Part shown: in pieces, positions 13,237 through 55,029 of the stretch
Numbering within the stretch: the stretch's first letter is position 1
Layout: each line of letters begins with the position of its first letter
From: Chiloscyllium plagiosum
Lineage: Eukaryota
DNA: 64,000 nt
NCBI RefSeq assembly: GCF_004010195.1
Contig: NC_057717.1
Location: forward strand, 106,881,945-106,945,944
Direction of reading: 5' to 3'
Position numbers and translations under genes: made by a program
Notes under the pieces: model-generated
Databases searched by the model: none
What the model was told of the DNA's origin: nothing
The model's input: only the letters and a program-made list of their open reading frames with translations

Positions 13237-13411
13237 AAAGTTAAAAATCACACACCAGGTTATAGTCCAACAGGTTTAATTGGAAGCACTAGCTTTCGGA
13301 GCGACGCTCCTTCATCAGGTGATTGTCAGGTGAAGGAGCGTCGCTCCGAAAGCTAGTGCTTCCAATTAAACCTGTTGGACTATAACCTGGTGTTGTGTGA
13401 TTTTTAACTTT
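13237..13411. mobile_element. Palindromic non-autonomous element with a minimal hammerhead core
   Basis: Near-perfect arms of about 78 bp; a diverged half copy lies at about 13972-14045. Confidence 0.75.
13287..13321 (-). ncRNA. Minimal hammerhead ribozyme motif
   Basis: cac-CTGATGA-aggagcgtcgctcc-GAAA-gcta-gtg. Confidence 0.65.
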
Positions 13412-16400
13412 GTACACCGGCATCTCCGAATCGAATTTGGTGAAGACAGACGGTACGACCTGGTTGGTTAATAGGAGGAATGACTCCGGTTGGTGGCTGA
13501 GAGGAATGGTAGGGAGGGAGAGGAGGGTTACTTAAAATTGGAAAACTCAATGCTGTAAAATTCCGAGCCACTCCAACCATTACAAAAACCTCATTTAACA
13601 TTAAAGTTTCTCTCAACCAGTGTACTTTAATCACTCACTTGTGCACTATAAGCAGTACCTATTACAGAAGGTCCTGCACTCTGGAAAAAGCAATGGTATG
13701 GGATAAGGGAACTGCATAGCTACGGTGCAGGGTTAATAGTTTGTATCCAAATGACGAATCTTTAGCCTCAAAATGACTGCACTCTTGTTTAGTGTTGGGT
13801 GCAAGAGGAAATGGTCAGCAATCAGCTGCCTAGCATCTTAACATTCTTTTGCAGCCCAGTCCGTCTCTGCTGCAAATTTAGTAGCAAGCTAGGTTTATTC
13901 AAAATATCGTTTCATTTACATGACAGATGTTTTGCAATAAATTGTATCTTTGATCCTGTCCCACAGCTACGTGATGAAGGAGCAGTGCTCCGAAAGCTAC
14001 TATTCCAAATAAACCTGTTGGACTATAACCTGATTTTTAAACTTTATTCACCCCAGTCAAACATCAACACCTCCACAACGCTGCAGGACTGAACAATCAA
14101 GTATACAGAAAGCCTAGACCCCGTCTCCACTACAAAACCAAGACTTAAATCACAACCCCAGGCACTTAACTTCGATAGCAAAAAAAAACAGAAGTGTCAA
14201 ACAATTTAACTGCATACACAATTTCCTGCACAGAACACTGATTTCTATTACAGACCAACCCACTGTATGCTAAGCATCTCTCAGAGCGTATCAGTTTCAG
14301 TTAAACTATGTTCACTCCCACCCTTCATTACCGAAAGCATAAGATCATTCAGAATGCTATTCCAGTTTGACTCAGCACTTACTGTATTCAAAGCGAGAAG
14401 GCTGTGCTGCCAGCTCTTTAGCATCTCATCTGAAAGACAACTTAATGTGAAACTACATCCATCTGGCCCAGTGGGATACAGGCAGTTACTGGTCCACTAA
14501 AGCCATTTGAAGCAACAGCAGCAATTCAGCATGATATTGGGTGTTGTTTTGAAACAAAAAAGTGAAGTTGCTCATTTACCCATATCACTGGCTATGACTG
14601 CTTCCATTACCCAATATTAGGAGTGTCTTCCCACATCAATGTCGTTCCACGATTTAGATACAGCATCACTGCAGTAACAGCAATAGGTCTACAAAATCGA
14701 CAGGGTGGGTAATCGGAGACTTCTTCCACAGACGGCAAGGTTAACTCCAAGAGGACCCAGGTGAGAGAAGGAAAATTTGGGGAGAATTGCAGGGAACATT
14801 TTTCAGAGGGTGGTGGGTGCCTGGAATGCACTGCCAGGTGGAGCTGGTAGAAGCAGGCTCATTCGCGATGTTTAACGTATACCTTGATAGACACATGAAC
14901 GGGAGGTGAATAGAGGGATAGAGACTGCACATGGTAATAAGCAGCGGATCAAAATAAGGATAAGGAATCCGTGCAGGCGTGGTGAGCTCCTGTGCTGTAT
15001 TGCATATTCCAAGGCTGGATGGTTTGTAAGTTAGAGGGGAACTTGCACGTGACGGTACTTCCATGAATCTGCTGTAGAAGTTGTGGGTTTGGAAGGTCGT
15101 ATCGAGGGAGCAAATGGAGTGGAAAGATTCAGAAGTTTTCAGCCTGGTAACTAGGAATCTGCAGCTGTTGCTTTCACACACATCACAGCAGATTGAAATC
15201 AAGCACTTGAGGATAGAATGTAGGTTTAATAATGATGAACACCAATACCAATTGGCTATAACAGCACATGACATAGAGGTGGTCAGAGTTAACACAATTC
15301 CGCATTCTGCTTCCCAATGTTTTCAAATTAATTAGACCTGCTTCCAGCTCCTGAGCTATTCCTCAGATGAAAAACAGAAATTGCTGGAAATACTCAAGTC
15401 AGGCAGTGTCTGTGGACAGAGAGAAAGAGTTAATGTTTCAAGTTAATGACCTTTATAGGCTTCAGCTTGCCAGTACGAAACATGACCTTCCAGGTACAAA
15501 CTAGAGTCGCTCCTTATTTGTGCTCAGACCAAATCTTGGAGAGGCCACAGTAAGATCATTAATTTCCATAATACAAGAACAACAAGACTGATACAAACTG
15601 CAGTCGTGACAAAACAAATCTTAGTCCTTAAAAAAAATACATAAAAATCAAAAAATCTTAGTTAAGGAAAGGTGCAAGCAGCTGGCATTACAACAAACAT
15701 GCTGCACCTTTACAATGCAACACTGCTGCAAAAGGGCAGGAAAGGGACAGGTCAGAGTTGAAAGTTCAGCAAGAGAATCGGAGAAATTCATGACGGAACC
15801 AGACATCCCTTAGCACCCACTGTCCCCACCCCTTGGCTGCATACCTCATTCAGTTAAGTCACCCATTAGTGTACAGACTTTCCCTCTTAAAATGACATCT
15901 TTGCATTACTGCCCACACACAGGCTGGACAGGGGCTGCTGTGTTCAGGTCAGGTCAGATTTCTCTCTGGTTTCTCCCTCTCCCTGGGCAGAAAAGGAATT
16001 AAACGTGGAATGACCTCCATTTCGGTGCTGTAACAAAATGGCAATTGCACGCTCCCAGGATCAGACCGACTGCTTTAATAAAGGAGTGGGGTGTTTAAAC
16101 AGATTGTTCTTGGATTTTCCACTCAAATCCAGACTGCTGATGGTGACAGGAACACAAACAGGGAATGGCAAAAGGCATGCTAGGCAACTGCAGCCTGTTC
16201 GAGAATATCCCTTTACTGAAACCAACGTCCAGTTTAAAAGACAGCCCTGCTCAATCCCTACTCATTTTGTAAACACAACACCACAAAATAAACATGGTTA
16301 GTTTTCTCAGTCTGGCAAAATGACAACCTCAATTTACAACGGACAGAAAATAAACAATTGTAAGTCACTATAAAAAGGGTTACTAAAACCAGTGTCAGGG

Positions 16401-16669
16401 CACTCCATCTCCAGCAGGACTTGTGATCCTCAAATGAGGAATATTCCTGAGCTGCAGAAGACCATGACAATCGGGTCGCCATTACACAGCCAGTCAGGTC
16501 AATACAAACTCTCCACTCAGTGGCAGGGCCCCATTTGGGAAGTGTACAGAAACTCCAGACCTCACTTATCAGCTTATCTCCAGCCCACCACCCCCAGTTA
16601 CAGATACAACTAGATTTGCTGCTGTAACTAGGACCACAGACAGGAGGCCTAGAATTCAAATTCACAAAA

Positions 16670-19600
16670 TGTGCTTCAAATGATTTATTGAAAAAAAAAA
16701 CTGGAATTGTTACAAGTAAACACAGGAGTCCCATGGAAAGCTGCCATTCCTCAGTTAGCTTCCACCAACAGGGAGAGTCAGACAGATAGATATATCTTTA
16801 ACCCTGCTACAAAACATCTGCAGCAGCAACATTCAGCAGAAAAATCTGAAAGGATCTTTCAGACAATAAGTTTGATAAATGTTTTCAATTCTTCCCCTTT
16901 TCAATAGAAATGATAGAGTGCATAGAAACCTGTGATTCCATTAAAACAACGCAGCCGGATTGGTCTCTTGTAATGTTTCTTTGCTTCCCGCCCCATCTCA
17001 CCTCCCCCCTCTGTTATAAACAGGTTACATCTTGATTACACCAGCATGACATAAATACAATGCTGTTTATTTCTACGAATGATATTTAGGAAGATACACT
17101 GTATTGCGCATGCAACATTCACAGCCCACAAATAGCTAATCAGACAGCCCCAATTCACAGCCAGATAAATCCAATCATTTGGGTCCAGTGGACAGGCAGA
17201 GGAACATTATTAACAGATTTACCCATCTCTCATGCTCATTCTCACTTGTGCTGTTGCTGAGGCCACAGCTATCAATTAAACAAATATTAATAAATTAACA
17301 GACACAGAATCGACTGGCAGGAAGATCAAGCCCAGAATTAAATCAGAATAAAAGCAAAATACTGCTGATTCTGAAACTCTGAAATAAAAACCATGTAGCA
17401 CTGGAGAAACTCAGGCTTGATGACTCTCTTTCTCCACCCACAGATGCGAACATTAAGTCCAATAGGTCTTCTACTTGTGCCTTTGAAGAGTCACAACTCC
17501 AATTGGACTTCAAATGTTAACTCTCTCTCTCTCTCTCTACAGATGATTCCAAACTGCTGAATTGCTCCAGGACTATGTAGCTAGTACTGAATTCATCATG
17601 GTTGATTGGAGCCACAAGGATACTTCCCCACTTGAAGATTTTGGGTCACAGAGAGATCAGGGGAATCAGCTTAATCATTTTTCCCGCAGGGTATTCCATA
17701 CTAAATCACTGCCTGAAAAATCCCAGTCACCCCCTGGTGCTGCCTGTTCCTCTAGCTTTATGGCCACAGTGCACTCTTCCTTCAGGGTCGTTCTAGGGTT
17801 TGTTCTGACAGCCAGCTACAAATGTACCAGACACGGGTCCAAACACTTACACACCTGTGCGGTAAGAATCTATACTTGTAGGAAGTTCAAACACTGACAT
17901 CAACCAATTATAACGAGTAGAGATTCTTCAAGTTTAGAACAATGAAAAGGAACATTTAAGGGCAGATGGGCAACAGAGAACTTTGTCAGCATGGTGCAGT
18001 GAGGATAGAGGCTGGATGGTAAACATGAGAGTTGCCAATAGCATAGGATGAGGATCAAACCTCATGCTATTACCAGACCCTTCTCCACCCTGAAGGGTCA
18101 ACACCATCTGTAACCTCCCCCAACATTCATGCACCATGAATATGGTCCACACAGCTCATGTGCCCTAAATCTGACATACACATCTCAAACACCCCACTGG
18201 AAGAGCAAGGACTCACACGATCATCTGAGAAGCCACAGGAATGACAGACAGAACATTTCAACCTGAAAAGGAACTACATTTTTCCCACCCAAACCCAGGC
18301 TACTGCCCCCAGACGATTGACAGAGCTCCACTGCATATGGGGAGGTTTTCCCAGTCAAGGACAGGGTTTGGGTGAAGGCTCTTTCATTGAGCACCACAGA
18401 CTTAGAGACAAGACTGGGAGACTGTAGGCCTCCCAACTGACCAATGGTGACCAACATTTGGGGGGGGGGGGGGGGGAGGAGAAGCCAAGTTCAAAGACCT
18501 GTGGAGAGTCAGGAAGCAAAATAACTTTCAGGATATTGCTCCAGGATTTACACAGGTGCAGTTGAATTTCCACACATCATCCCTCCAGCTGGTTCTCAGG
18601 TTGTGTCTAGCCTACCTTCAGACAACAAATTCTGCCTTAGGGAAAGTTGCCACAGGAGCATTAAAACCACAGAAAGCTATTTATTTTTATTTTGAGAGAA
18701 AGAAAGTGACAGGCAGGCACATCTACAAGTGTGTTCGACATCAACTTTTGCTTAAGATTGGAAATAAATTACATAAAACGTCCAAGAGGAAGGGCTCAAT
18801 CTGGCAACATGAAATGCCAGCCAACCAAATTAAATATCCCCTTGCCAGCCTTCAAACAAGAGCATTCAGTCCCCCGCAGTTCCCACCAGCTAATTCACAC
18901 TGGTGCTTTACCTGCCTATCCCAATACAGGAACAACTGACTCGACTGACTTAGGATAAGGTCAACACTCCAGCATCTGATGACACGCGCTGGTCAAGTTG
19001 TTCTGTTACATGGAGCTAACTAAACATCTTAAAAAAAGGCCACAGAAGCAACTAAGTCTTTTTATAAAAAGTTTGCGTTTTTTTCTCTTTGAACACTTGC
19101 CATTTAGTTTACACATTTGCATTAAGGACATGGAGACGGGAGGATGCAGCAGCACATTATCACAAAACAAACCCAACAGTTCATAGTTCACCAGGGCATT
19201 GCCACAGAATGACAGTACAGACTTGCTTCATTACAGTATCAAGGTTACAGGCTTTCAGACCGGCCTCTCCTGTCCACTTCCGGCCTCGAGGGGAGCGCAG
19301 GGCTGAGTGTCTCTCCACATTATGACTCATTGGAAATGGTAGTGAAGCCTTGATCTACACACACATTACGACTTATTATGTTCTAATCAGAGATCACTAG
19401 ACTATTATAGCTCACCTCCATGCAGTCTGATTTTAAACAGTGACTCTCTTGGATGACTGCTGGGGTATCTATGCGACAATACAAAGCTTGGTACACTCTC
19501 TAGTTTTAATGTGTTAAAAAAGATTTGTTTTCCTTTTAATTTTAAAAACATCTACTCTTAAACCACAGCACAAGCATCAGACTTGCAACTTTCCAAATTT

Positions 19601-19976
19601 AGATGTGGACAAGGCCGCTTGAATCTAGCTGATTGTTAATCTCGTGGAATTCTTCACTAAGCTTGCCTATGTTTAATGTTTTTTCCCTAAAATCCCCACA
19701 CTTTGACCCCTCCCGAGTTGTCCAACTGAGAGATTTGACCCTCGAGAACTTTGGAATGTCCGTGTGTAGTGGAAGATTCTCTTCAGAGAGAAGGCGTGCA
19801 AGATCCCTCCGCTAATTAATCCAGTTTGCTCTGGTTTAGAGGCTCTATCCCCCCAGTATTTTCAGAGAAAGGGAGCTTGTTTTTGTCCCACCAACTCCAC
19901 CCTAACCCCCCAGTGACAGGGCAGTGCAACTCCAAGATGTGGATGATTTCCCATTAGCCCGCCCAGCGACAGAAAC
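16670..19976 (-). other. TNPO2: Probable terminal non-coding (3'UTR) exon of TNPO2
   Basis: Pyrimidine-rich acceptor (ctctctttcttttcag) before 19976; repeat-poor sequence; minus-strand AATAAA at 18680-18685, 17066-17071 and 16684-16689. The true 3' end is uncertain. Confidence 0.6.
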
Positions 19977-20406
19977 CTGAAAAGAAAGAGAGAGAGAGAG
20001 AGAGAGACACAGAGAATTTAGTATCAATCCAGTGTATAAACTAGCCAACAAATAACATTAAAATAATCACAATGACCCCAAACAATTATCAAATCAGTTT
20101 GTAACTGCCACAGTTACACTCCTAAATGCCTTCAAACAGATCAGAGCCAGGCACAGAGATTTCTTTCAGCACTGGGGTAAAAACAAGAAGGAGTGGGAAA
20201 ACAAAACAATCTTCCTAACCCTCTTTCTGTTTCACATCTCTATCCAAAAAAAAAAATAACCTCACTCAGGCCACAGGAATCAAACACCAGGGGTTGGCTG
20301 AGGGAGATACTACATATTGGAAAGGGGATGGATCAGTAATGTCTAGCCCTAACCGATGCCATCTGATCGCAAAAGGCCCACCTGACATGGTATCCATTAA
20401 TCTCAG

Positions 20407-48614
<28,208 letters not shown>

Positions 48615-49319
48615 TCACAAGAAATGAGGATGGGCTAATTCACCTGACCAGTCAGTCACAACGCAGACACCTCACCAACACTTTCACCTTTTGCAAAAAT
48701 CACATCACTATCCCTGCATCATGCCACACTGCCCACATTCCCCTTTCTCCTCCCTCTGAACACCTCATTCCAATCTCTGAAACAGAGACACTAGCAGCAC
48801 AACAGATCTTTACAAAAGGATGAGTGTTTCCTGTTGCACTGAGTGGGATTAGATCGAGCAGCCTCAGCCAATATTGAGAAACTGCAGCCATTTGACCCCA
48901 AGAGCCCTCAGCAACCCCTTCCATAACATTGCATTCAGACCCATGGGGCATCACAAAGGCTGTACTGCCCTTTACCAAGCACCAGAATATCTGCTCGTTA
49001 AGCAAGGTTTGGTTAACACCAGCATCACGATCAGAAAATGCTGACCGTGAGCTCTCAAAGCCAAGAATCTGGTCATTTGAAGCACAGCCATAATTGCCCA
49101 GATCAACAGCACAGTATTCAGCAGGAGATACCAATCATTACAGCACACTCCTGAGAAGTGGAAGGGTCACACAGAGATTTCCTGTCTCATGTAACTGGGT
49201 TTTATACAGAAGGGTTTATCCCCACGAGGTAAACTCCTCATCCCAGAGAGAGAGGGGGAGGGGGAGAGGGAGAGGCCCCGGGGACATGGTTTAAAACAGT
49301 GTGGGTGGTAATTATAACA

Positions 49320-50150
49320 CAACACCGTCCCCAATACCCCCCACCCCCGCGGGGCAGCCGCTCTGGGAGCAGGCCCCGCTCCGGGAATGGAGCCCGGGGC
49401 CTAAGGCCTGCACTCGGGCCCCATCAGCGCGGCTGGAAGTGGAGGAGAGCGCAGGCCGCAGCCTCGGGCTGGCGGAGGATCGGGATGCACCACCACCACC
49501 ACCACCACCACCCCCGGGGACTCGGGCCCTCCTCCATCCAGGCCCGGCGCCGCTCACTCACCGGCCGCAGGCCAAAGCCCCGGCGTCCTCTGATGGTCCC
49601 TCCCCACAATGGGCTGCTCACTGCCGCCGCCGCCGCCGCCGCCTTGACTCCGCCCCCTCCCGCTGACTCCGCCCCCTTCCCCGCGCGCACGCGCACAGAC
49701 AGCGACCGATCGGTGCCAACCTTCACGTCACCCGGTGCCGGGTGTCGTGGTCCCGCTCTATTCCCGTTACTCGTGTCCCGCTTTGTCCGCTCTCCCGCCC
49801 CCCCCGGTGTCGGGGTCCCACTCTATCCGTCCCCCTGTCTGATATCGCGGTTCGGCTCTGTCCCCGGTGCCCGGTATCACGGTCCCGCTCTACCCCCCCC
49901 CGTACCCGGTGTCAGGTCCCGCGGTGCCCGGCTCCGGGTTTAAATTCTCTCTGACCTATCGGAGTTGCTGCCCTGCTCACGTGATCAGGGCCCGCTTTTA
50001 CCCGGCGGGCTCTGCGCCCTGGACCATCGTGCCACGCGGAAGGTAAGTCGTCTCTCTTGGCCAGTGGTTACCATGGAGACGGGGCCTACTCTTGGGCCCC
50101 TAATTGAGAGAGAGTGTCTCAGAGTGAGCAGCAGGTAGGTAGGCGGTGGG
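49320..50150. promoter_or_regulatory. CpG island / TNPO2 promoter
   Basis: High GC and CpG density; GC boxes; TCACGTGA E-box at 49977-49984; X-box-like GTTACCATGGAGAC at 50067-50080. Confidence 0.8.
49562..49700 (-). other. TNPO2: Probable non-coding first exon of TNPO2
   Basis: Donor CCG|GTGAGT at 49562/49561 inside the CpG island; GGC repeat; TSS is approximate. Confidence 0.6.
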
Positions 50151-50379
50151 CTCACACTGATAACCGCTGCAGATCGGGGTGAGGTGGAGATGATTAAAGT
50201 CAATACCCACCTTTCATCATGCACTGGGACAATGTGTTTAAAATAACAACAATTACTTAGTCCATCAATGGGACTAACCTTTCCAATGGACAGGCTCAGG
50301 ACTGATTCCAGCCCTAGTCTACATCCACCAGTTGTGTTGTGTTTTCCCTGAATTTGTCATAGCTTCATATTCTGTCCCA

Positions 50380-51806
50380 GATGGTTGAGTATGGTTGCCA
50401 TTACAAAAGAGAAAGTGCTAGAAAAGCTAAAAGGTCTTAAAATTGATAAATCTCCTGGCCCTGATGGGTTACATCCTAGAGTTCTCAGGGAGGTGGCTGA
50501 GGAAATAGCGGAGGTGTTGGTTGACATCTTTCAAGAGTCACTGGAGTCAGGGAAAGTCCCGGATGATTGGAAGATCGCTGTTGTAACCCCCTTGTTCAAG
50601 AAAGGATCAAGACAAAAGATGGAAAATTATAGGCCAATTAGCCTAACCTCAGTTGTTGGTAAAATTCTAGAATCCATCATTAAGGATGAGGTTTCTAAAT
50701 TCTTGGAAGAGCAGGGTCGGATTAGAACAAGTCAACATGGATGTAGTAAGGGGAGGTCGTGCCTGACAAACCTGTTAGAATTCTTTGAAGAGGTGACAAG
50801 TAGATTAGACCGGAGAAACCCAGTGGATGTGGTCTACTTACACTTCCAAAAGGCCTTTGAAAAGGTGCCACACGGGAGGCTGCTGAGCAAGATGAGGGCC
50901 CATGGTGTTTAAGGTGAGCTACTGGTATGGATAGAGGATTGGCTGTCTGACAGGAGGCAGAGAGTTGGGATAAAAGGTTCTTTTTCAGAATGGCAGCCGG
51001 TGANNNNNNNNNNNNNNNNNNNNNNNNNNNNNNNNNNNNNNNNNNNNNNNNNNNNNNNNNNNNNNNNNNNNNNNNNNNNNNNNNNNNNNNNNNNNNNNNN
51101 NNNNNNNNNNNNNNNNNNNNNNNNNNNNNNNNNNNNNNNNNNNNNNNNNNNNNNNNNNNNNNNNNNNNNNNNNNNNNNNNNNNNNNNNNNNNNNNNNNNN
51201 NNNNNNNNNNNNNNNNNNNNNNNNNNNNNNNNNNNNNNNNNNNNNNNNNNNNNNNNNNNNNNNNNNNNNNNNNNNNNNNNNNNNNNNNNNNNNNNNNNNN
51301 NNNNNNNNNNNNNNNNNNNNNNNNNNNNNNNNNNNNNNNNNNNNNNNNNNNNNNNNNNNNNNNNNNNNNNNNNNNNNNNNNNNNNNNNNNNNNNNNNNNN
51401 NNNNNNNNNNNNNNNNNNNNNNNNNNNNNNNNNNNNNNNNNNNNNNNNNNNNNNNNNNNNNACACTAGGAAATTGTTTCCATTAGGCGAGGAGACTAGGA
51501 CCCCGTGGACACAGCCTTAGAATTAGAGGGGGTAAATTCAGAACAGAAATGCGGAGACATTTCTTCAGCCAGAGAGTGGTGGGCCTGTGGAATTCATTGC
51601 CACAGAGTGCAGGTGGAGTCTGGGATGCTAAATGTCTTGAAGGCAGAAATTAATAAATTCTTGATGTCACAAGGAATTAAGGGCTACGGGGAGAATGCGG
51701 GTAAGTGGAGTTGAAATGCCCATCAGCCATGATTGAATGGCGGAGTGGACTCAATAGGCCGAATGGCCTTACTTCCGCTTCTATGTCTTATGGTCTTATG
51801 GTCTTA
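50380..51806 (+). mobile_element. Young CR1 LINE spanning an assembly gap
   Basis: [30 protein letters not shown], (tatggtct)n-like tail. Confidence 0.9.
51004..51461. other. Assembly gap
   Basis: N run. Confidence 1.
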
Positions 51807-52364
51807 AATTTAAACCCATCTCACAAATGATGAAGAGTCTGGAGGAAGTAAATGATAACCCATTAATCCATTGTCAATTGTTGGAAAATCCCATCTGGTT
51901 CACTAATGACCATCAGTGAAAAAAAAGCCATCCTTACCTGGTCTTGGACAATATGTGAGTCCAGACCCACAGCTAATGTGGTTGACTCTTAACTGCCCTC
52001 TGGGCAATTAGGGACAGGCAATAAATTCACACCTAGCCAGTGATGCCCTTGTCCTGTGAATTACTAGAAGCTGAACACCTTGGTGAATAAATCAAGAATC
52101 CAAGTACACAAACTGAACAACAAAAGAAAAAGGGCAACATAAGAGAAATATCCTTTATAGTATAAGTGATTATGATTTGGAATACAGCCTGAAATTATAG
52201 CAGAAGTAAATTCAATCACAGCTTCCAGAACAGAATTGGATAGAAGAGAAAATGATTTGCAGGGCTCCAGGTCAAAGCAGGGCTGTAGGATTATTAGTGT
52301 TGGTCTTTAGACAGCCATCATGGTCAGGAGTGGCTGAATGGTTTCTTGTGCTGTAATGCAAGTT

Positions 52365-54527
52365 TTGAGAAGATTGAGCAGGTTGAGGTTCTAGATGTAG
52401 GTTTGCTCGCTGAGCTGGAAGGTTCATTTTCAAACATTTTGTCACCATACTAGGTAGCGTCATCAGTGAGCCTCTGGATGAAGCACTGGTGGCATAGCCC
52501 ACTTTCTATTTATGAGTTTAGGTTTCCTTGTGTTGGTGATGTAATTTCCTGTTCTTTTTCTCAGGGGGCCGTAGATGGAATCCAAGTCAATTTGTTTGTT
52601 GAAGGAGTTCCAGTTGGATTGCCATGCTTCTAGGGATTCCTGTGCGTGTCTCTATTTTGCTTGTCCTAGGATGGATGTGGTGTCCCAGTCAAAGTGGTGT
52701 CCTTCCTCATCTCTATGTGAGGATACTAATGAGAGTGGGTCATGTCTTTTGGTGGCTAGTTGATGTTCATGGATCCTGGTGGCTAGTTTTCTGCCTAAGT
52801 CATTTCATAGGTGGCATTCTGTTGGATGGCATTGGTTTCTCATTTTCAGGCCAGTTTTAGCGTATTGCCCCCATTGGTCCTGTTTTGAGAAGATTTGTAG
52901 CTCAAGTTGAGCTTCTGGATATAGGTTTGCTCGCTGAGCTGGAAGGTTCATTTTCAAAAAAAAACTTCAGAAATCTGGAGAAATAAATAAGACTGACTTC
53001 CAAAAATTGAAAACAGATGGATCCAACACACCACCACCTATGGATTACCCAAAATTCACAAACCAGGAGCCCTCTTCAGACCCATAGTCTCACTACCTGG
53101 AATATCAATTTACAGATTGGCCAAGGAACTACACCAAAGACTAAAACACTTAGTAGAAGGCTCACATCACTCCATCCAAGAGTTCCTGAAGACCAAAGAC
53201 ACCAAGCTAGAAGAGGATGAAATAATGGTCTCCTTTGATGTAACAGCCCTGGTCACATCCGTCAACATCAACCTGGCCAAGGAAACGCTGACAACATTGT
53301 TAGAAGAACCAAAGACACATACACCAAACACCACTAACTTCATCAGCAAGGACAATATCGTCATGCTAGTGTACCTATGCCTTACCACCCACTTCACCTT
53401 CAACAACAAAACCTACAAACAAATCAACGGAACATCCATGGGGTCTCCGTTATCAGGGTTCTTAGCAGAGGCAGTAATGCAGAGACTTGAACAAACAGCT
53501 CTGCCAACCATCCAACCCAAATTTGGGTCCGCTACGTAGATGACACCTTCGTCATCACGAAACAAAACAAATTAGAGGAAACCTTCAAGACCATCAATAA
53601 TACCCTTACTGGCATAAAATTCACCAAAGAGGAAAATCACAACAAACTGCCATTCCTAGATGTTACAGTACAGTGAACAGCCAATGGGAAACTTCAAACC
53701 AGTGTCTACAGGAAAACAACACAGATGGACCAAATATTAAACTACAGAAGCTATCTTCCCAACACCCACAAATGAAGCTGCATTAGAACATTATTTCAAT
53801 AAGCGACTACACAGAGCAGAGGAAAATCACCTATACAGCCTGTTCAAAAAGAACAATACCCAATGAACATAGTCTGCCAATATCTCAGCAACAAATCCTA
53901 ACAAGCAAACAATACCCGTCCAGAAACCCTAGCTACTCACCCCTATATCAAAGACATCTTGGAAATGACTGCCAGACTACTCAGACCTCTTGGCATCATG
54001 GTAGCCCACAAACCCAGCAACACATTAAAACAGAAGCTAATGAACTTGAAAGACCCAATACAGACAACAAGCAAAACTAATGTCATTTACAAGAACTGTA
54101 ACAAACACTACATTGGACAAATAGGCAGAAAACTAGCCACCAGGATACATGAACGTCAACTGGCTACAAAAAGACATGACTCACTCTCACTAGTTTCCTT
54201 ACATACAGATGAGGAAGGACACCACTTCAACTGGGACAACACATTCATCCTAGGACAAGCGAGACAGAAACACGCTCGGGAATCCCTAGAAGCATGGCAT
54301 TCCAACCGGAACTCTTATTAACAAACACATTGACTTGGTTCCCATTTACCACCCCCTGAGAAAAGAAACAGGAAATGACATCACCAACCCAAGGAAGCCT
54401 AAACACATAAATAGAAAGTGGGCTATGCCATCAGTGCTTCATCCAGAGACTCACTGATGATGTGAACTAGTATGGTGACAAAACATTTGAAAACAAACCT
54501 TCCAGCACAGCAAGCAAACCTACATCC
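52365..54527 (+). mobile_element. Penelope-like retroelement (RT plus GIY-YIG), degraded, with an inverted copy of its 3' end upstream
   Basis: MVSFDVTAL, FTFNNKTYKQINGTSMGSPLS, (F)WVRYVDDTF, NVIYK..HYIGQ; 52365-52795 is the reverse complement of about 54130-54527. Confidence 0.88.
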
Positions 54528-55029
54528 TGTGCTGTAATGATTCTGCAATTCTATTTCTTGGCTGCCTTACTATCCCAAATTATTAGTCGTAATGGAACCT
54601 GGAAGCAAAAGATTGCCTGTTGCTTCTCATGTTGAGGCATGTTGGTGGTAAGGTAGGTGATCGTAGTGTCACCATGGCTTTACACAATCAGAATTTCATC
54701 TCGTTTAAAAGTATGATTTTCAAGGTTACAAAAAATCTAGTTTATCCTCAACTACTTGCCTTGGCAAAGGATGGCATGGATGATAATGGAATGCATTTGT
54801 GATAAGGACCAAGAAAATTACATTTTTTCTCATTGTTGCCTCTTTGGGTCATTTAGAGCCTTGAATTCATACAGCATGGGTCTCTCCTGATAATATCTGG
54901 TGTCTCTCAGTCTCAGGGTGACATTCAGTAATATCTGTCAGTCGCAGTGAGTTATCTGCTGTATCTCACTCACTGGATAATGTCTGGTGTCTCTTGATCT
55001 CTCTCAAGATGATATCTTATAATCCATAG

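Noticed and set aside
15462..15480. tcagcttgccagtacgaa, resembling the reverse of the SNORD41 3' end
   Set aside because: Outside the TNPO2 introns, no matching C box, and the match is short.
49299..49943. 214-aa ORF with poly-His and poly-Ala
   Set aside because: A GC-rich CpG-island frame antisense to TNPO2 exon 1, built from CAC and GCC repeats.
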